Below, in pieces: positions 15,408 to 18,102 of a stretch of DNA of 18,102 nucleotides. The stretch covers positions 1 to 18,102 of the forward strand of contig JBDKRC010000317.1 of the NCBI GenBank assembly GCA_039683575.1. The letters run 5' to 3'. A model generated the notes under the pieces. It did no database searches, was not told the origin of the DNA, and was given only the letters and a program-made list of their open reading frames with translations. The position numbers were made by a program, and so were the translations under genes. Source of the stretch: Armatimonadia bacterium. Lineage in GTDB: Bacteria > Armatimonadota > Zipacnadia > Zipacnadales > UBA11051. Each line of letters starts with the position of its first letter. Position 1 is the stretch's first letter.

Positions 15408-15758
15408 CTAACCCCTGACCTCTGACCCCTGCCTCACCATCACAACCGCCTGCGCCGACGTCCCATCTTCCCCCCGCACCAGCACCCGGGCCAGATACCG
15501 CCCCGCCGCCGCGTTCTTCCCCATCCCCGTCCGCCCATTCCACTGCAGCACGCTGCGGCCCTTCTCCAGCCTCATTTCCGGCAGCACCGCCACTCGCTTG
15601 CCCGCCATATCCAGCACGGTCATCTGCACGCGCGCCGGCGCCGCGAGCCGCACCACAACTCGTGCGCCACCGCTATTTGCCTCTGTCTCACTCACCTCAA
15701 CCAGCGGCGGCAGCGCCTCCGTCGCCGTCTGAAAACTCCAGGTGTCGGTCAGATCCAT
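15408..15758 (-). CDS. Stand-alone FlgD-Ig-like C-terminal domain protein (possibly a gene remnant)
   Basis: ARVQMTVLDMAGKRVAVL...G...LQWNGR...G...AGRYLARV fits the FlgD-Ig pattern. ATG 15758 has an AGGAG SD, and codons are G-ending like other minus-strand genes. Confidence 0.65.
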   Translation of the reverse strand: MDLTDTWSFQTATEALPPLVEVSETEANSGGARVVVRLAAPARVQMTVLDMAGKRVAVLPEMRLEKGRSVLQWNGRTGMGKNAAAGRYLARVLVRGEDGTSAQAVVMVRQGSEVRG

Positions 15759-15790
15759 ACTTGCTCCTATGTCCGCTGCATTCCCAACTG

Positions 15791-15877
15791 GTAGGAGCGC
15801 TCCCCGTGCGGACGGCACGTCCGCCGCGCGACATCTCCGCTCCCCGTGCGGACGGCACGTCCGCCGCGCGAGCGCGA
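15791..15877 (+). repeat. GTAG-REP with a nested hairpin, tandemly duplicated (34 bp, period 40)
   Basis: GTAGGAGCGCTCCCC (same as 1941 and 2036), then GCGGACG gca CGTCCGC, then GCGCGA. 15798-15831 is identical to 15838-15871. Confidence 0.85.
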
Positions 15878-15885
15878 CGATCCCT

Positions 15886-16545
15886 CTATTCTTCGGGCCG
15901 CGTCAGCACAATTCCTGCCGCCGCCAGTCCCGCCGGGAGGTCCAACAAGGTCTTCAGCGACAAGTCCGCCTCGACCTCTTCCGGCCCCAGGTAAATCGTG
16001 AACATCCCCAGCTCCTGCGCCGGCACGAGGTTCCACGGGAAATCCTCCACCATCGCCACGTCCGCCGGGTCCTGTCCCAACTCCTCCATCACGCACGCAT
16101 ACGCCGAGACCTCCGGCTTGGGACACCACTGCATCGCCTCGATATCAAACACGCCGTCGAAACAATGGTCAATCGCCAGCGCCTGCAGCACCTTGTCGGC
16201 ATAATCCGCCGCGGAGTTGGTGATTACGTAAAGCTCCGCTTGCAGCCCCTCGAGCATCCGCGCCAGCGGCTCATCCGCGCACAGATACTCCGCCGGGTCG
16301 AACCCGTCGAAGCTGTCCACATACATCTCGCGCTGCGGAATCCCAAACTCGATCTCCCCGCCCCGCGCGGTGGTTCCATACTCCCGCCACAGCCTCTGCC
16401 GCAGCTCATCCGCCTCCTCCCGCGGCATCTGCAGCCGGTGCGCCAGAAAGTCCGTAATCCGGCAGTCCCCCGCCTGCAAAAGCCCAGTCCCGGGCGCATA
16501 AAGCGTCTGGTCCAGATCAAACAATATCGTAGTAATAACCCTCAT
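15886..16545 (-). CDS. HAD-superfamily hydrolase, pyrimidine 5'-nucleotidase-like
   Basis: Motif I FDLDQTLY, YGTT..G cap, motif II ITNS, motif III PKP and motif IV MVED...NL..A..LGM.T. Confidence 0.9.
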   Translation of the reverse strand: MRVITTILFDLDQTLYAPGTGLLQAGDCRITDFLAHRLQMPREEADELRQRLWREYGTTARGGEIEFGIPQREMYVDSFDGFDPAEYLCADEPLARMLEGLQAELYVITNSAADYADKVLQALAIDHCFDGVFDIEAMQWCPKPEVSAYACVMEELGQDPADVAMVEDFPWNLVPAQELGMFTIYLGPEEVEADLSLKTLLDLPAGLAAAGIVLTRPEE

Positions 16546-16574
16546 ATCTCTTCTCAACCCATCTCCGCCTTCTC

Positions 16575-16656
16575 TCGCCTTTATCCTCCCCATCCTTCTC
16601 ATCCTTACATCCTTTGAATTCCCGCCTCTCTCCCTCTCTCATCCTGTCCATCCTGA
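16575..16656. repeat. ATCCT-periodic pyrimidine-rich repeat
   Basis: TTATCCTCCCCATCCTTCTCATCCTTACATCCTT ... ATCCTGTCCATCCTG. The same 9-nt-period motif occurs inside the 67-bp repeats at 10862 and 11069. Confidence 0.6.
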
Positions 16657-16671
16657 CAAGTTCCTCCCCCC

Positions 16672-16702
16672 AAAAAAAGCGCCCGACATCGCTGCCGGGC
16701 GC
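16672..16702 (-). terminator. Intrinsic terminator of the KP-repeat protein gene
   Basis: GCGCCCGGCA/TGTCGGGCGC stem on the minus strand followed by T7, about 20 nt after the stop codon. Confidence 0.8.
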
Positions 16703-16724
16703 CTGTCGTATTACTCGGTTCCCC

Positions 16725-17951
16725 CTACTCCTTGAACTCTACCCCCAGCGCCGACAGCGCCGCATCCACCTGCCGCTCGGACTCGTCGAAGTTGCCGTAC
16801 GCAAACGCCTGCCGCGAGTCCGTCAGCATCTTCGCCACTGCCGTCGTCGACTGCGGGTCCGCCGCCTTCAGCTTGTCAAACGGTCCCTTGACCGCCGCGA
16901 ACTTCGCGCGGATCCGGTTCTTCTGCGGCACCTTCGCCATGGACGGGTCCGCTGCCCCAGTAGTCGGCTTGATCACCGCCGTCGGCTTCGTTGCCGGCTT
17001 CGTCGCCGTCGCCACAGGCTTCGCTGTCGCGGGCTTGGCCACGACCGGCTTGGCCGTCACGGGCTTGACTACCGTCGCTACGGGCTTGGCGGCCGGCTTG
17101 GCAATTGCCGGTTTGGCCACGACTGGTTTGACCGCTGCGGGCTTCACGGTCACAGGCTTGACAACCGTCGTCGCCGGAAGCTTCGGGGCCTCGCCCTTGC
17201 CGGTCAGGTAATAGCTCAGATCGCCGTATAGCCCCCGCGCCATCGCTTCCTTCTGCGCGGTCCAGTCCTGGTCGTTCATCTCCCGCGCCGTTCGCATGGC
17301 ATCCACGATCAGCAGCATCGCGCCGCTCTCGCCGCCGGTCATGGTGCTCGTAGGCCGCACCGTCGCCGCGGGCTTAACCACTGCCGCCACGGGCTTGGCC
17401 GTCGCGGCCACCGGCTTGGCGGCTGCTACAGGCTTTACAACCACGGGCTTCACTGTCGTCGCCGGCTTGGCGGGCGGAGCCGCTGTCGCGGGCTTTACAG
17501 CCACGGGCGTAGTCGCCGTCGCCGCCACCTTCACCGGCTTGCCATACCCAAGCTGCTCCGGCGGCAACTTGCTGCAGGGCGTCGCCTTGGGCAGTTGCGC
17601 TCGCAGCTTGTTGGCCCACTGCAGCCCCAGCGCCTTCTCGGTCATCTTGTTGGCCGCGGCCTCTGCCGGGTACACCGCCATCACTGGCCGGTCCCACGCG
17701 TACACGGTCCACAGGTTGCCCTTCTGCTTGAGCGCCACCTGGGGGTGCTGCGTGTCTTCTTTGGAGATCACTTCGATGAGCACCTTATCCACACTCGCCG
17801 CCCGCTCGTCAACTGTCTTGAAGCTCCCCGGATCGCGCAGCCGCGCCACCAGCGCTCCGCCCAGGCTGATATCAGCCGTCTGGGCCACCGCCGGCAGCAC
17901 GATACCGAGCAATAGTACCATCACAACCACGGTCCCGATAATGGTGCGCAT
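16725..17951 (-). CDS. Secreted hypothetical protein with two Lys-Pro/Ala/Val/Thr repeat linkers
   Basis: Signal peptide ending AVA-Q, AGGAGG SD before ATG 17951, and three small folded segments separated by (V/A)(V/A)KP repeats. Confidence 0.8.
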   Translation of the reverse strand: MRTIIGTVVVMVLLLGIVLPAVAQTADISLGGALVARLRDPGSFKTVDERAASVDKVLIEVISKEDTQHPQVALKQKGNLWTVYAWDRPVMAVYPAEAAANKMTEKALGLQWANKLRAQLPKATPCSKLPPEQLGYGKPVKVAATATTPVAVKPATAAPPAKPATTVKPVVVKPVAAAKPVAATAKPVAAVVKPAATVRPTSTMTGGESGAMLLIVDAMRTAREMNDQDWTAQKEAMARGLYGDLSYYLTGKGEAPKLPATTVVKPVTVKPAAVKPVVAKPAIAKPAAKPVATVVKPVTAKPVVAKPATAKPVATATKPATKPTAVIKPTTGAADPSMAKVPQKNRIRAKFAAVKGPFDKLKAADPQSTTAVAKMLTDSRQAFAYGNFDESERQVDAALSALGVEFKE

Positions 17952-18030
17952 CAGATGCCTCCTGTATCGCAGCCTCTGAGCTGCCAGGCGCCAAACGTCC
18001 GCGCCGGCAGCCTCGACCGCGCCTCTTCGC

Positions 18031-18060
18031 ATGATACCCGCCGCCCCTCCCCACCGTCAA
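18031..18060 (-). promoter_or_regulatory. Sigma70-type promoter
   Basis: TTGACG (18060-18055), 18 nt, TATCAT (18036-18031). These are the same hexamers as the promoter at 369-397. Confidence 0.6.
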
Positions 18061-18102
18061 CAGACAGGGTGTAACCTGCTGTTGTCGGTAGCCGTGTCGT
18101 CG

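Overview
High-GC bacterial chromosomal window, probably Armatimonadota or a similar polysaccharide degrader (inferred from gene content, not certain). The backbone is carbohydrate and envelope genes: GT-C membrane glycosyltransferase, heparinase II/III-like lyase, SGNH esterase, GH36/27 alpha-galactosidase-like enzyme, GHL10/DUF187 hydrolase, sugar-phosphate isomerase, a lone FlgD-Ig-like domain, a HAD nucleotidase and a secreted Lys-Pro-repeat protein. It shows an extreme C-on-plus strand skew. The most unusual region is 1893-3081. It begins with four stacked copies of the glycosyltransferase 3' end that diverged under coding constraint and are separated by GTAG-REP hairpins. These are followed by a compositionally foreign cassette: promoter, ~85-nt structured RNA with terminator, then a NYN (LabA/DUF88, PIN-like) nuclease gene, an architecture resembling an RNA-antitoxin (type III-like) TA or defence system. 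Also seen: the probable end of an IS630-like element at the left edge, an unannotated 56-aa orphan CopG/BrnA-type antitoxin fragment, an in-frame palindromic insertion in the GH36 gene, and several families of short palindromic repeats, some nested and some showing covariation. No tRNA, rRNA or CRISPR array was found.
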